A stretch of DNA of 64,000 nt from Candidatus Falkowbacteria bacterium GW2011_GWF2_43_32 (GTDB taxonomy: Bacteria; Patescibacteriota; Patescibacteriia; Patescibacteriales; UBA12465), in assembly GCA_000999715.1 (NCBI GenBank), contig LCGL01000001.1, positions 259,139-323,138 of the forward strand. The letters are read 5' to 3'. Shown here piece after piece: positions 1 through 9,809 of this stretch. Every line of letters starts with the position of its first letter. The first letter of the stretch is position 1. The position numbers and the translations under genes were made by a program. The notes under the pieces are model-generated. The model searched no databases. It was not told the origin of the DNA and saw only the letters and a list, made by a program, of their open reading frames with translations.

Positions 1-931
1 CAGCCTGATTTATAAAATCTTGCGCGACGCCGGCCGACGCGTTTGGCTCGGCGGCAACATCGGCGTCTCGCCTTTATCGTTTCTGACAAAAATAAAATCG
101 ACCGATTATGTCGTCTTGGAATTATCCAGTTTTCAATTGGAAGATCTGGAATATTCTCCGCGACTATCCGTCATCACCAATCTTTTTCCGGAACATCTGG
201 CGCCGGCCGATCCTCATAATCCCAACTTTCATCGATCGCTGCAAATTTACTGGCGAGCCAAACTGAATATCGCCGTCGGTCCGCAAAATAAATATCTCGT
301 CGCCAACAAAACTTTGGCCACACGTCTGAAAACCGCTCGATTAAAAACCCGGCCGATTTATTTTTCCGCTTCTTCCCTGCCGTCCAAATTGATCGGCGAT
401 TTCAATCGCGAAAATGTCGGTGCCGCCGTGGCCGTCGCCAAAATTTTAAAAATAGCGCCGACGCGTTATCAAAAAACTGTCGCCAATTTTGCCAATCTGG
501 AACATCGCCTGGAACCGGTAGCGACCATTCGCGGCATCAAATATTTCGACAACAGTTTTTCCACGACGCCGGAAAGTACCATCTTGGATCTCCGTTCTTT
601 CCGAGCGCCGATTATTTTAATCGCCGGCGGAGCGGACAAAGGCGCGGATTTTCGAGCGCTAGCCAAAACCATTCGGCAAAAAGTAAAATTTTTGATTCTC
701 TTGGCGGGTCAGGCCACGCCGCGAATCAAACGCGAACTCGCGGCGCAAAAGTTTCCCGCCCAAAAAATGATTACGGTCGACAACATGAAAAAAGCGGTGG
801 CGGTGGCGCGCCGGCAGGCGGACAAAGGCGACATCGTTCTCTTATCCGCGGCCTGCGCCAGCTTCGGAATGTTCAAAAATTACAAAGAAAGAGGAAATTT
901 ATTCCAACAATATGTCAAAACTGGCCAATAA
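1..931 (+). CDS. murD: UDP-N-acetylmuramoyl-L-alanine--D-glutamate ligase (5' end outside window)
   Basis: Motifs GGNIG, VLELSSFQL, EHRLE, LIAGGADKG, LLSAACASFGMFKNYKERG; the frame is open from the window start. Confidence 0.95.
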   Translation, partial: SLIYKILRDAGRRVWLGGNIGVSPLSFLTKIKSTDYVVLELSSFQLEDLEYSPRLSVITNLFPEHLAPADPHNPNFHRSLQIYWRAKLNIAVGPQNKYLVANKTLATRLKTARLKTRPIYFSASSLPSKLIGDFNRENVGAAVAVAKILKIAPTRYQKTVANFANLEHRLEPVATIRGIKYFDNSFSTTPESTILDLRSFRAPIILIAGGADKGADFRALAKTIRQKVKFLILLAGQATPRIKRELAAQKFPAQKMITVDNMKKAVAVARRQADKGDIVLLSAACASFGMFKNYKERGNLFQQYVKTGQ

Positions 932-1742
932 AATCGGCTTCTTTGATTCCGGCCTGGGCGGACTGACCATTTTAAAAGATGTTTTGGACAGACAACCGAA
1001 TTACAATTACGTTTATCTGGGCGATAACGCTCGCGTGCCTTATGGAGAAAAATCGCCGGAAACGATTTATAATTATACTCGCGAAGCCGCGGATTTTTTG
1101 TTTGCCGCCGGTTGCAATCTGATAATCATCGCTTGCAATACCGCTTCGGCGCAAGCCCTGCATCGCCTGCAGCAAGAATATCTGCCGCAACATTATCCGG
1201 AACGCCGAATTCTGGGTGTGATTCGTCCTTTGGCGGAAGCAATCGCCAACGATAAAAACATAAAAACCGTGGGCGTCATCGGCACTAAAGCGACTATCGG
1301 TTCCCGCGCCTACGAGATAGAATTGCATAAATTAAATCCGGAACTCAAAGTCGAACAATTGGCGACTCCTCTTCTGGTCCCTTTGATCGAGGAGGGCTGG
1401 GCGGACAAACCGGAAACTAAAATGATTTTAAAAAAATATCTGCGACCCTTGAAAAATAAAAAAATCACGGCGCTGATTCTAGGCTGTACGCATTACCCTT
1501 TTCTGTATCCCTTAATCAAGCGACTGTCCGGACAACGCTTAATCGTGCCGCCGCCGGGAGCCATCGTCGCCGCCAGTTTGGAAAATTATCTGGCGCGCCA
1601 TCCGGAATTGAATCTTCGGCCGGTTGAAAAACCGGAATACTTATACTACACTACCGACGACCCCAAACTATTCCGCGTTCTGGGAGAAAAATTTTTAAAA
1701 CAAGCGATTACCAAGCTGGAAAAAGTTAAAATCACGCCATAA
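912..1742 (+). CDS. murI: Glutamate racemase
   Basis: FDSGLGGL, IACNTAS and LGCTHYP catalytic motifs. Confidence 0.97.
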   Translation: MSKLANKIGFFDSGLGGLTILKDVLDRQPNYNYVYLGDNARVPYGEKSPETIYNYTREAADFLFAAGCNLIIIACNTASAQALHRLQQEYLPQHYPERRILGVIRPLAEAIANDKNIKTVGVIGTKATIGSRAYEIELHKLNPELKVEQLATPLLVPLIEEGWADKPETKMILKKYLRPLKNKKITALILGCTHYPFLYPLIKRLSGQRLIVPPPGAIVAASLENYLARHPELNLRPVEKPEYLYYTTDDPKLFRVLGEKFLKQAITKLEKVKITP

Positions 1743-1746
1743 TAAA

Positions 1747-2715
1747 ATGATTATTTTCGCTCATGGCGCCGACACCTTCCGTTCGCGCCGCTTTCTGCAA
1801 GAATTGAAAAACAAATTTACCGATCGCGTCGACCCCGGAGCGACGAGTTTAAGCGTGGTTGACGGCCAAACCGCCGATTTGAAAGAAATCAGCGACCAAG
1901 CGAACACCGGTTCGCTATTCGTCAAAAAACGACTGATCGTTATCGAGAACATTTTTAAAAACAAAAAAGAAACCTTGTTTACCGCCTTGCCGGATTATCT
2001 GAAAAAATTTTCCGTTGACGAAGACCGGATTATTATTTTCCGCGACGAGGAATTGAATACTCGCGACAAACCTTTAAAGACCGCCGGAAAAAAGTTGTTC
2101 GTTTTTCTGAGCCAACAACCCTATTCTCAAGAATTCAAACCGCTGACCGGTAACCAATTACTGTCTTTCCTTAAAAAAGAAACCGCACAATACAAAAAAG
2201 ATATTAGCGCGCCGGCCGCTTTGCGGTTGATAGAGTTGGCCGACGGCGATTTGTGGACGATCGCCGGCGAACTTAAAAAACTGGCTTTTCGCGTTACCGC
2301 GCCGACCATTGAGCGGGCGGATGTCGACGAAATGGTCGCCGGGTCCTTCAACGAAAATATTTTCGCTTTAACCGATGCGTGGAGCGTCAAAAACAAAAAA
2401 TTGGCCGCCGGATTGCTGGAAGAACAATATGCCGCCGGATTGGGCGACGAATATTTGCTAACCATGCTCATTCGTCAATTTAAAATTCTCCTGCAAATTC
2501 GCTCCGCCCTGGACACGAAAATGAATCCGGGAGAGATGCCCCTCGCGTTGAAACTACACCCCTTTGTCGTAAAAAAAGGAATCGGCCAAGCCGGAAATTT
2601 TTCCCAAGCCGTCTTAAAAGATTATTTGAATCGCTTGATCCGTTTGGACTTTTTAAACAAAACCGGCGGCGGCAACATCAAAACCGAGCTAATATTGCTC
2701 ATTTCCGGCCTATAA
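1747..2715 (+). CDS. holA: DNA polymerase III subunit delta
   Basis: N-terminal HGxDxF, SLF..KRLIVIEN, ELKKL, NIFALTDA, HPFVVKK. Confidence 0.9.
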   Translation: MIIFAHGADTFRSRRFLQELKNKFTDRVDPGATSLSVVDGQTADLKEISDQANTGSLFVKKRLIVIENIFKNKKETLFTALPDYLKKFSVDEDRIIIFRDEELNTRDKPLKTAGKKLFVFLSQQPYSQEFKPLTGNQLLSFLKKETAQYKKDISAPAALRLIELADGDLWTIAGELKKLAFRVTAPTIERADVDEMVAGSFNENIFALTDAWSVKNKKLAAGLLEEQYAAGLGDEYLLTMLIRQFKILLQIRSALDTKMNPGEMPLALKLHPFVVKKGIGQAGNFSQAVLKDYLNRLIRLDFLNKTGGGNIKTELILLISGL

Positions 2716-2798
2716 TCTCTTGCCTTTTTATTTATTATTTGTTATAGTCTTGGCAGTATTTTTTATTTTGAAAAGAAAAATTTAATTATGGCAATCAC

Positions 2799-2872
2799 GG
2801 GCAATTAGCTCAGTTGGTTAGAGCGCAACACTGATAATGTTGAGGTCGGTGGTTCGAATCCACCATTGCCCA
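2799..2872 (+). tRNA. tRNA-Ile(GAT)
   Basis: Cloverleaf; anticodon arm CAACA-CTGATAA-TGTTG; T-loop GGTTCGAATCC. Confidence 0.95.
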
Positions 2873-2882
2873 CGTAAATCAT

Positions 2883-2955
2883 AGCGGGGTAGAGCAGTTG
2901 GCAGCTCGCCAGGCCCATAACCTGGAGGTCGTCGGTTCGAGTCCGACCCCCGCAA
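2883..2955 (+). tRNA. tRNA-fMet(CAT), initiator type
   Basis: CAT anticodon, 1:72 mismatch (A/A), GCGGGG acceptor stem, GAGCAG D-stem. Confidence 0.9.
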
Positions 2956-2971
2956 CTTTTTTTAAAAATCT

Positions 2972-3046
2972 GCCTCGGTAGCTCAGTGGTAGAGCAAACG
3001 ACTGAAAATCGTTGTGTCGTCAGTTCGATTCTGACCCGAGGCACCA
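2972..3046 (+). tRNA. tRNA-Phe(GAA)
   Basis: Anticodon loop CTGAAAA; encoded CCA. Confidence 0.95.
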
Positions 3047-3058
3047 GATGAAGCGCCT

Positions 3059-3133
3059 CGGGGTGTGGCCCAGTTGGTCTAAGGCGTCTGGTTTGGGACC
3101 AGAAGATCGTGAGTTCAAATCTCACCACCCCGA
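3059..3133 (+). tRNA. tRNA-Pro(TGG)
   Basis: CGGGGTG acceptor; anticodon arm TCTGG-TTTGGGA-CCAGA. Confidence 0.95.
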
Positions 3134-3292
3134 CATCAGAACTGTCCGGAAAGTACAGTTTTTTTATTTTAAAGAACAATTTCGGACAAGGGCCGACCGA
3201 AGCGCCGAGCCCCCAAGTCACCCCTTGATTTTTATTTATTATTATGTTAATATCAGAATACTTTATTAATAAACTTATTTTAGAAACCGACT

Positions 3293-3553
3293 ATGCCAAA
3301 CAAGAAATCGGCGGCAAAAGAGCTGCGCAAATCAATCAAAAGAAACGCCGCCAATAAAAAAGCGTCCAGCCAGCTGAAAAGTTTGATAAAATCCAATCTC
3401 AAACAACTTAAAGGAGGCGATAAAAAAGTCAAAGAAGACATCGTCAAGACCATTAAAGCCTTGGATAAGGCGGTTAAGAAAGGTATTTTGAAAAAAAATA
3501 CCGCCGGTCGCCGCAAATCGCTTTTAATGAAAAAAATCAACGTTTTGAAATAA
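3293..3553 (+). CDS. rpsT: 30S ribosomal protein S20
   Basis: PNKKSAAK, LDKAVKKGILKKNTAGRRKS. Confidence 0.97.
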   Translation: MPNKKSAAKELRKSIKRNAANKKASSQLKSLIKSNLKQLKGGDKKVKEDIVKTIKALDKAVKKGILKKNTAGRRKSLLMKKINVLK

Positions 3554-3580
3554 ACGTTTCTTATAATTTAACGCACTTCT

Positions 3581-3628
3581 TCTGGGATACGGCCGCCAAG
3601 CAACAAGAATTTCGGACCGTTTCTCGGA
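3581..3628 (+). promoter_or_regulatory. Putative rpsO leader stem-loop
   Basis: TCTGGGATACGGCCG pairs with CGGACCGTTTCTCGGA; TATAAT at 3562-3567; ends 15 nt before the rpsO ATG. Confidence 0.5.
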
Positions 3629-3643
3629 CAAAGCGCCAACACT

Positions 3644-4018
3644 ATGTTAGACAAAAAAACCAAAGAAAGAATCATTAAAAAATTCCGGGTCCATGACACC
3701 GACACCGGTTCTCCTCAGGTGCAAATTGCCATTCTGACCGAAGAAATCAAAGAGCTGACCGATCATTTGAAAAATCATAAGCATGACTTCTCTTCTCGTC
3801 GCGGTTTGTTGAAAAAAGTCGGCGAAAGACGCAAGCTGTTGAAATATTTACAAAAAGAAAGCGAAGCGGAATTCCGGGAGCTGGCGGAAAAACTGAAACT
3901 GAAAATCACGAAAAAAATGGAAGAAGACGAGCTGGAGGAAAAGAAAAAAGAAAAAAATTACGTTGAACCGGAAGAAGAGGGCGCGGAAATTAAAGACGGC
4001 CCGGAAGAAGAAAAATAA
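3644..4018 (+). CDS. rpsO: 30S ribosomal protein S15 with acidic C-terminal extension
   Basis: [35 protein letters not shown]. Confidence 0.97.
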   Translation: MLDKKTKERIIKKFRVHDTDTGSPQVQIAILTEEIKELTDHLKNHKHDFSSRRGLLKKVGERRKLLKYLQKESEAEFRELAEKLKLKITKKMEEDELEEKKKEKNYVEPEEEGAEIKDGPEEEK

Positions 4019-4023
4019 TTATT

Positions 4024-4527
4024 ATGATCAAACATAAAGAGCAACGTGTCGGAATTTTGGTGGATGTTTCCAACATGTATCATTCCGCCAAAAACCTATA
4101 CAACAAAAAGGTAAACTTCAAAGAGATTCTCATCAAAGCGGTGGCCGGAAGAAAATTAATTCGCGCGACGGCTTATGCCATTCGCACCGAAAACAAAGAA
4201 GAATCGCCATTTTTGGAGGCGCTGAGCCAGCAAGGTTTTGAAGTCAAAATGAAAGATTTGCAAATTTTTGCCGGTGGCGCCAAGAAGGGCGATTGGGACG
4301 TGGGCATCGCCATTGACGCCATCAAGTTGGCGGACAAATTGGATGTCATTGTTTTGGTTTCCGGCGACGGCGATTATTTGCCGCTGGTTTCCTATCTGCA
4401 AAACAACAAAGGTTGTTTGGTGGAAATAATGGCCTTTGACAAAACCTGTTCCGCCAAATTGATAGAAGAGTCCGATGATTTCACGGATCTCGGCAGCAGC
4501 AAAAAATTCTTAATTTACAATCACTAA
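4024..4527 (+). CDS. NYN/LabA (DUF88) PIN-like domain protein
   Basis: VDVSN, KGDWDVGIAID, LVSGDGDY acidic motifs. Confidence 0.9.
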   Translation: MIKHKEQRVGILVDVSNMYHSAKNLYNKKVNFKEILIKAVAGRKLIRATAYAIRTENKEESPFLEALSQQGFEVKMKDLQIFAGGAKKGDWDVGIAIDAIKLADKLDVIVLVSGDGDYLPLVSYLQNNKGCLVEIMAFDKTCSAKLIEESDDFTDLGSSKKFLIYNH

Positions 4528-4631
4528 GATCAATCAAGAACTTTAATTAAACACTAAGATTTTGACCGTTAAATAGATAGCGCTGTATGCTAATACAGTT
4601 CTGTAATTTAACGGCCAAAGCACACAAAATT

Positions 4632-6905
4632 ATGGAAAAAGTATTTTCGGGAGATTGGCTTGGCCGCCCTCTCACTATTAAAACCGGACATGTCGCCAAA
4701 CAGGCCGATGCGGCCGTTTGGGTTCAATACGGCGAAACTGTGGTACAAGCCACGGTTGTTCAAGCTAAAACCGAACGGGCGGGAATTGAATTTTTTCCGC
4801 TCATGGTTGATTTCGAAGAAAAATTATATGCCGCCGGCATTATCAAAGGTTCTCGCTGGATCAAACGCGAGGGCCGACCGACCGATCAGTCGGTTTTGAC
4901 CGGTCGCATGGTTGACCGCTCCATCCGCCCCTTGTTCACTCCCGGCGACAACCGCGATATCCAGGTGATCATTACTGTTTTAGCAGTCGATCAAGAAAAC
5001 GATTACGACGTCGTCGCCCTGATTGCCGCTTCGGCGGCTTTGTCCATTTCCGGTTTAAACTGGAACGGACCGATCAGTTGCGTGCGCGTCGGCTTGATTG
5101 AAGATAAATTCGTTTTCAATCCGACCTACGAAGAACAATTGAAAAGTTCTTTGGACCTCATCGTAGCCGGTACGGACAAGAAAGTAATCATGATTGAAGC
5201 CGGAGCCAACGAAATTTCGGAGGATATCATGTTGAAGGCGATTATCGCCGGTCAAAAAGAAATGCAAGGAGCGCTTCAAGTCATCAACGAATTGAAAAAG
5301 AATATCACTCCGAAAATCAAAGCGGCCGCGGTTAAACAATCGACGGACGCGGCGATTTTGGAAACCGAAAAGAAAAACAAGGAACTGTTGAAACTGGGCG
5401 AAGATTGGTTGACCGCCAACATCAAGAATATTCTGTTCGATAAAGTTTATTATTCCAAAGGCGAACGCAAGGCCGCCGTTACGGCCATCAAAGAACAATT
5501 GAACGAATATCTGACCGCTCAGAATATTGACGGCGAACAACGTTCCAATATCGTTAAAAAAACCGTCGAAAAGGCAATTGATGCCGAAGTCACTCGCGCG
5601 ATTATAGAAGAAAAGCGTCGCGTTGACGGTCGGGCCCTAGACGAAATTCGGCCTTTATCGGCCGAAGTGGCGGTATTACCGCGCGATCACGGCACTTCAT
5701 TATTTTCTCGCGGCGAAACGCAGGTAATGTGCATCGTCACCTTGGGCGCTCCCGGATTGGAACAATCTTTGGAGGGCATTGAAGGACAAAGCAAAAAAAG
5801 ATACATGCATCATTATAATTTTCCGCCCTATTCCGTCGGCGAAACTTCGCCTTTGCGCGGCACCGGTCGTCGTGAAATCGGCCATGGCGCTTTGGCGGAA
5901 AAGGCTTTATTGCCGATGATCCCCACTAAAGAAGACTTCCCTTACGCCGTCCGTCTGGTCAGCGAAACTCTCGGTTCCAACGGCTCTTCTTCCATGGCCG
6001 CCACCTGCGCCTCCACTTTAGCCTTGATGGACGCCGGCGTACCGATTAAAAAACCGGTTGTCGGCATTGCCATGGGCTTGGCCTCCGATAAGACCTTGAG
6101 CCATTGGGAGGTTTTGACCGATATCCAAGATTTGGAAGACGGCGAAGGCGGTATGGATTTCAAAATTACCGGCACCGATGCCGGCTTGACCGCCATTCAA
6201 TTAGACACTAAAACCGACGGCTTGACCGAAGAGATAATCGCCAAAACCCTGACGCAAGGACGCGACGCTCTCAATCAAATTTTGGCTGTCGTTCTTAAAG
6301 CCCTGCCCGCTCCCCGCGCCGAGCTGTCCAAATACGCACCGCGCCTGGTGAGCTTTACGGTCGATCCGGAAAAAATCGGTGCCATTATCGGTCCCGGCGG
6401 AAAAGTTATCAATCGCATTATTGACGAAACCGGAGTCAGCATTGATATCGAAGACAGCGGTCTGGTGATGATTTGCGGCACGGATGCGGCCAAAGTTGAC
6501 GAGGCTGTCCGCCAAGTCAAAGAAATCGTTCATGTTTTCGCGGCCGGTGAAATCGTTAAAGGCAAAGTTGTCCGGCTCTTGGATTTCGGCGCTTTCGTTT
6601 CCTTGAATGCCAGCCAAGACGGGATGGTTCATGTGAGCGAATTAGCCCCTTATCGCATTGAAAAACCGAGCGACTTCTTGACGGTCGGCGATATGGTAAC
6701 CGTTAAAATCAAAGAAATCGACGATCAGGGACGAGTTAACCTGACCATGAAAGGATTGGAAGAAAATGCCGATTTGTGGAAAGAAGAAAAAGGCAAATCC
6801 AACGGCAGTTCCTTCGGCGGCGCTCGTCCGAGCTTCGGCTCTAACGGACGCGGCGGTGCCGGACACGGTCCCAGTCGACCGAGCCGCTTCGGTGGTCGCC
6901 GTTAA
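4632..6905 (+). CDS. pnp: Polyribonucleotide nucleotidyltransferase (PNPase)
   Basis: FFPLMVDFEEK, RREIGHG, SNGSSSMA, MDFK, KH and S1 domains; start moved to ATG 4632. Confidence 0.97.
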   Translation: MEKVFSGDWLGRPLTIKTGHVAKQADAAVWVQYGETVVQATVVQAKTERAGIEFFPLMVDFEEKLYAAGIIKGSRWIKREGRPTDQSVLTGRMVDRSIRPLFTPGDNRDIQVIITVLAVDQENDYDVVALIAASAALSISGLNWNGPISCVRVGLIEDKFVFNPTYEEQLKSSLDLIVAGTDKKVIMIEAGANEISEDIMLKAIIAGQKEMQGALQVINELKKNITPKIKAAAVKQSTDAAILETEKKNKELLKLGEDWLTANIKNILFDKVYYSKGERKAAVTAIKEQLNEYLTAQNIDGEQRSNIVKKTVEKAIDAEVTRAIIEEKRRVDGRALDEIRPLSAEVAVLPRDHGTSLFSRGETQVMCIVTLGAPGLEQSLEGIEGQSKKRYMHHYNFPPYSVGETSPLRGTGRREIGHGALAEKALLPMIPTKEDFPYAVRLVSETLGSNGSSSMAATCASTLALMDAGVPIKKPVVGIAMGLASDKTLSHWEVLTDIQDLEDGEGGMDFKITGTDAGLTAIQLDTKTDGLTEEIIAKTLTQGRDALNQILAVVLKALPAPRAELSKYAPRLVSFTVDPEKIGAIIGPGGKVINRIIDETGVSIDIEDSGLVMICGTDAAKVDEAVRQVKEIVHVFAAGEIVKGKVVRLLDFGAFVSLNASQDGMVHVSELAPYRIEKPSDFLTVGDMVTVKIKEIDDQGRVNLTMKGLEENADLWKEEKGKSNGSSFGGARPSFGSNGRGGAGHGPSRPSRFGGRR

Positions 6906-6979
6906 GCCGATTAAACCGATATTGACTTCTTGCCGAACTTAAGCTAATATTTTTCAATATAAATAACCCTGGAAAAACT

Positions 6980-7420
6980 ATGCTAGTAATTAAATTATCA
7001 AAAACAGGAAAAACCAATAAGAAAATGTTTCGTTTGGTTATCCTGGAAAAAGGACGCGATCCGTATGGAGATTTCTTAGAAAACCTCGGTTTTTATAATC
7101 CTCATACCAAAGAATTGAAAACCAAGCCCGAAAGAATAAAATATTGGTTATCCAAAGGGGCGCAAATGACCAAAACCATCAATAATCTTCTGGTCGGAGA
7201 AAAAATCATTGACGGCCAAAAGATAGTGATCGCCAAAGTCAGCAAGCCAAGCGAAAAACGTTTGGCGCAAGCGAAAGCCAAGGCCGACAAAAAGGCCGCG
7301 CCGGTAAGCGCTCCGGCCGAATCCGCCAGTGAAGCGCCGACGGAAGAGACGCCGGAAGCGGCGACGGAAGCTCCGGCTGAAACTCCGGCTGAAACTCCGA
7401 CAGAAACTCCGACAGAATAG
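6980..7420 (+). CDS. rpsP: 30S ribosomal protein S16 with Ala/Pro/Glu/Thr-rich tail
   Basis: ENLGFYNP, RIKYWLSKGAQ. Confidence 0.95.
   Translation: MLVIKLSKTGKTNKKMFRLVILEKGRDPYGDFLENLGFYNPHTKELKTKPERIKYWLSKGAQMTKTINNLLVGEKIIDGQKIVIAKVSKPSEKRLAQAKAKADKKAAPVSAPAESASEAPTEETPEAATEAPAETPAETPTETPTE
7371..7417 (+). repeat. 12-nt tandem repeat encoding ETPA/ETPT in the S16 tail
   Basis: GCTCCGGCTGAA ACTCCGGCTGAA ACTCCGACAGAA ACTCCGACAGAA. Confidence 0.85.
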
Positions 7421-7550
7421 GTTTAAAAGCATCTTGACAAATCAAAGAAAAGTGTTATAATCACTAAATAAGGCTGCTCAAGTGGCAGTTATTTAATAAA
7501 ATTTCTTTCTGTTTTCAACGGTTATAAACCGTTAAAAATTTGAAAGACGA

Positions 7551-7886
7551 ATGAAAACTATGGTAGAACAAGACAAAGAGTTCTTGGAATTCGTGGTAAA
7601 GAGCATCGTCGGCAATCCGAACGATGTCGCGGTAGATCGGACGATTGATGAAAGAGGCGTTCTGTTGACCCTCAAAACCAATCCGGCCGACATGGGTTAC
7701 GTGATCGGTCGCAAAGGACAAACCGCGCAATCTATTCGCACCTTGCTGAAAATTATCGGCGCCAAGAATAACTCCCGTGTCAATTTGAAAATCTATGACC
7801 CGGAAGGCGGCGCTCATCGCAGTGCCCCTCGTCGAGACGAGCGCGAAGATGTGGATACTTCCGCGATTGACGACTTAAAAATCTAA
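7551..7886 (+). CDS. khpA: KH-domain RNA-binding protein KhpA (UPF0109)
   Basis: DMGYVIGRKGQTAQSIR; rpsP-khpA-trmD synteny; start may be 7560. Confidence 0.9.
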   Translation: MKTMVEQDKEFLEFVVKSIVGNPNDVAVDRTIDERGVLLTLKTNPADMGYVIGRKGQTAQSIRTLLKIIGAKNNSRVNLKIYDPEGGAHRSAPRRDEREDVDTSAIDDLKI

Positions 7887-7901
7887 ATACTTGAATAAAC
7901 A

Positions 7902-7931
7902 AAAAAGTCCGTGTCAAAAACGGACTTTTTT
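7902..7931. terminator. Intrinsic terminator
   Basis: AAAAAAGTCCG-TGTCAAAAA-CGGACTTTTTT. Confidence 0.7.
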
Positions 7932-7945
7932 GATATAATAATCTT

Positions 7946-8620
7946 ATGAAATTCCATCTGCTGACCATTTTCCCCGCCATCTTTGACTCTTACCTCAACG
8001 AGAGTATTTTAAAGCGCGCTCAAAACAAAAAAATCGTTAAATTTCAAATCCATAATCTTCGCGACTGGACTAAAGATCGCCACAGAACGGTGGATGACGC
8101 CCCTTATGGCGGCGGTGCCGGCATGCTCATGAAAATTGAACCGCTTTACGACGCTCTGAACGACATCAAAAAACTGAACAAGAAAATCCGGCCGACAAAG
8201 CGCAAAATCATTCTTTTATCTGCCGCCGGAAAAACCTGGACTCAAAAATCGGCGCAGAAACATGCCAACTTGGAAGAAGTCATTTTAATTTGCGGACGTT
8301 ATGAAGGCGTGGACGCGCGGTTGAAAAAATTTATCGATGAAGAAATATCGGTCGGCGATTACGTTCTGACCGGCGGCGAATTGCCGGCGTTGACCGTCAT
8401 TGATTCCATTGTCCGTCTCCTCCCGGGAGTACTGGGCAATGAAAACAGCATTATTGAAGAATCGCACGCCACCGCAGGCGTCACCGAATACCCGCAATAT
8501 ACGCGACCGGCCGTTTTCACGATCGGCCGGAAAAAGTACTCCGTTCCCAAGATACTGCTCTCCGGCGATCCTAAAAAAATTAAAGCCTGGCAAGACAAAC
8601 AACAAAAGAAAGTGAAATAA
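7946..8620 (+). CDS. trmD: tRNA (guanine-N1)-methyltransferase
   Basis: VDDAPYGGGAGM, CGRYEGVD, SVGDYVLTGGE, EYPQYTRP. Confidence 0.97.
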   Translation: MKFHLLTIFPAIFDSYLNESILKRAQNKKIVKFQIHNLRDWTKDRHRTVDDAPYGGGAGMLMKIEPLYDALNDIKKLNKKIRPTKRKIILLSAAGKTWTQKSAQKHANLEEVILICGRYEGVDARLKKFIDEEISVGDYVLTGGELPALTVIDSIVRLLPGVLGNENSIIEESHATAGVTEYPQYTRPAVFTIGRKKYSVPKILLSGDPKKIKAWQDKQQKKVK

Positions 8621-8702
8621 ATAAAAATCGGAATCAATTCCGATTTTTTATAACCGCTCTCCGACCGAACAATCAAGCGATTGACGACAAGTAAAATTAT
8701 TT

Positions 8703-9719
8703 TCAAACATTATTGATCACTTTCCAGCCGGTGTCGGTTTTCTGCAAACGACCGGCCAAAGAAAATCCGGCCGCTTTCTTGTGTCCGCCCCCGCCCCACT
8801 TTTGAGCGATTTTGGCGACATCGATTTTCTCGTCATTCGTTCGCAAACTGCCCTTCACCCGATCATTCTCTTCCCGCAAAAACAAAGCGACCCGCACTCC
8901 GGACAAAGAACTTAAAAAAGAAACGATATCGCCGAAAAGATCGGCGTCAAGCTCGGCATTGCCCGGCGATAACAAGGTTTTTATTTCCGCGGACGTTAAC
9001 GCGGAAACGGCCAATCCGGTGTCTTCGTTCAAGCACAAATTCTCCAAAGCGCGTCCCCAAATTTTCAAAGAAGAAAAACTTTTGTTGTGCACCGTATTGT
9101 TGACGATTTTCGGCAAAGAGGCGCCGCGCAATAACATTTCCGAGGCGATCGCCATAGCTTCGCGCGAAGCGTTGGCGTGCAAAAAATGTCCGGTGTCGGT
9201 CATCAGACCGATTAAAATGCAATGCGCCAGCGTTTTGCTTATCTCCAAACCGTTTACTTTTAAAAAATTATAAATAATTTCCGTCGTGGACGCTTTATTT
9301 GACAAGCGAATTTCCAAATCGGCATAGGTCTCACTCGGCTCATGATGATCAAATTCCATCAGATAGGGGCGCCGGGCGATATGACCGTCTTGCTCGGCTT
9401 TAATCAAAGCCCGCAATCGTTTTTCCAGTCCGGTACGAGCGATTGAACCGCAATCCAGGATTAAAATCAAATCAAAAACTTTCAAGTCAACGGGTTCCGC
9501 GGTTGAAACCAGATTATTCCGAGGAATAAAATCATAATAATTATCCGGTTTTTGTCCGGCATAAGCGGAAACTTCCGCCCCGAAACCATCGGCGATTTCC
9601 GCCATCGCACTGATTGAGGCTAGCGCATCGGCGTCCGGCGACACGTGGCCGACCAATAAAACGCGTTTCGCCAACTTTATTCTGGTATAAGCTGTTTGTA
9701 GTTTTTCAGTAAAATTCAT
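8703..9719 (-). CDS. nrnA: DHH/DHHA1 phosphoesterase (NrnA-like nanoRNase)
   Basis: HVSPDADA, DHH, TDTG, GGGGHKKAAG; follows rbfA. Confidence 0.88.
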   Translation of the reverse strand: MNFTEKLQTAYTRIKLAKRVLLVGHVSPDADALASISAMAEIADGFGAEVSAYAGQKPDNYYDFIPRNNLVSTAEPVDLKVFDLILILDCGSIARTGLEKRLRALIKAEQDGHIARRPYLMEFDHHEPSETYADLEIRLSNKASTTEIIYNFLKVNGLEISKTLAHCILIGLMTDTGHFLHANASREAMAIASEMLLRGASLPKIVNNTVHNKSFSSLKIWGRALENLCLNEDTGLAVSALTSAEIKTLLSPGNAELDADLFGDIVSFLSSLSGVRVALFLREENDRVKGSLRTNDEKIDVAKIAQKWGGGGHKKAAGFSLAGRLQKTDTGWKVINNV

Positions 9720-9809
9720 AACCTCTCATTCTACGGGAAAACCGAGAAAATGTCCAGATTTAAAAACAGGCCTCCCGGGCCTGATTTCGTCAATTCCTTT
9801 TCCGCCGAC

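Noticed and set aside
2805..3269. ORFs of 138 and 85 aa over the first tRNA cluster
   Set aside because: They overlap four clear tRNA genes and are spurious translations
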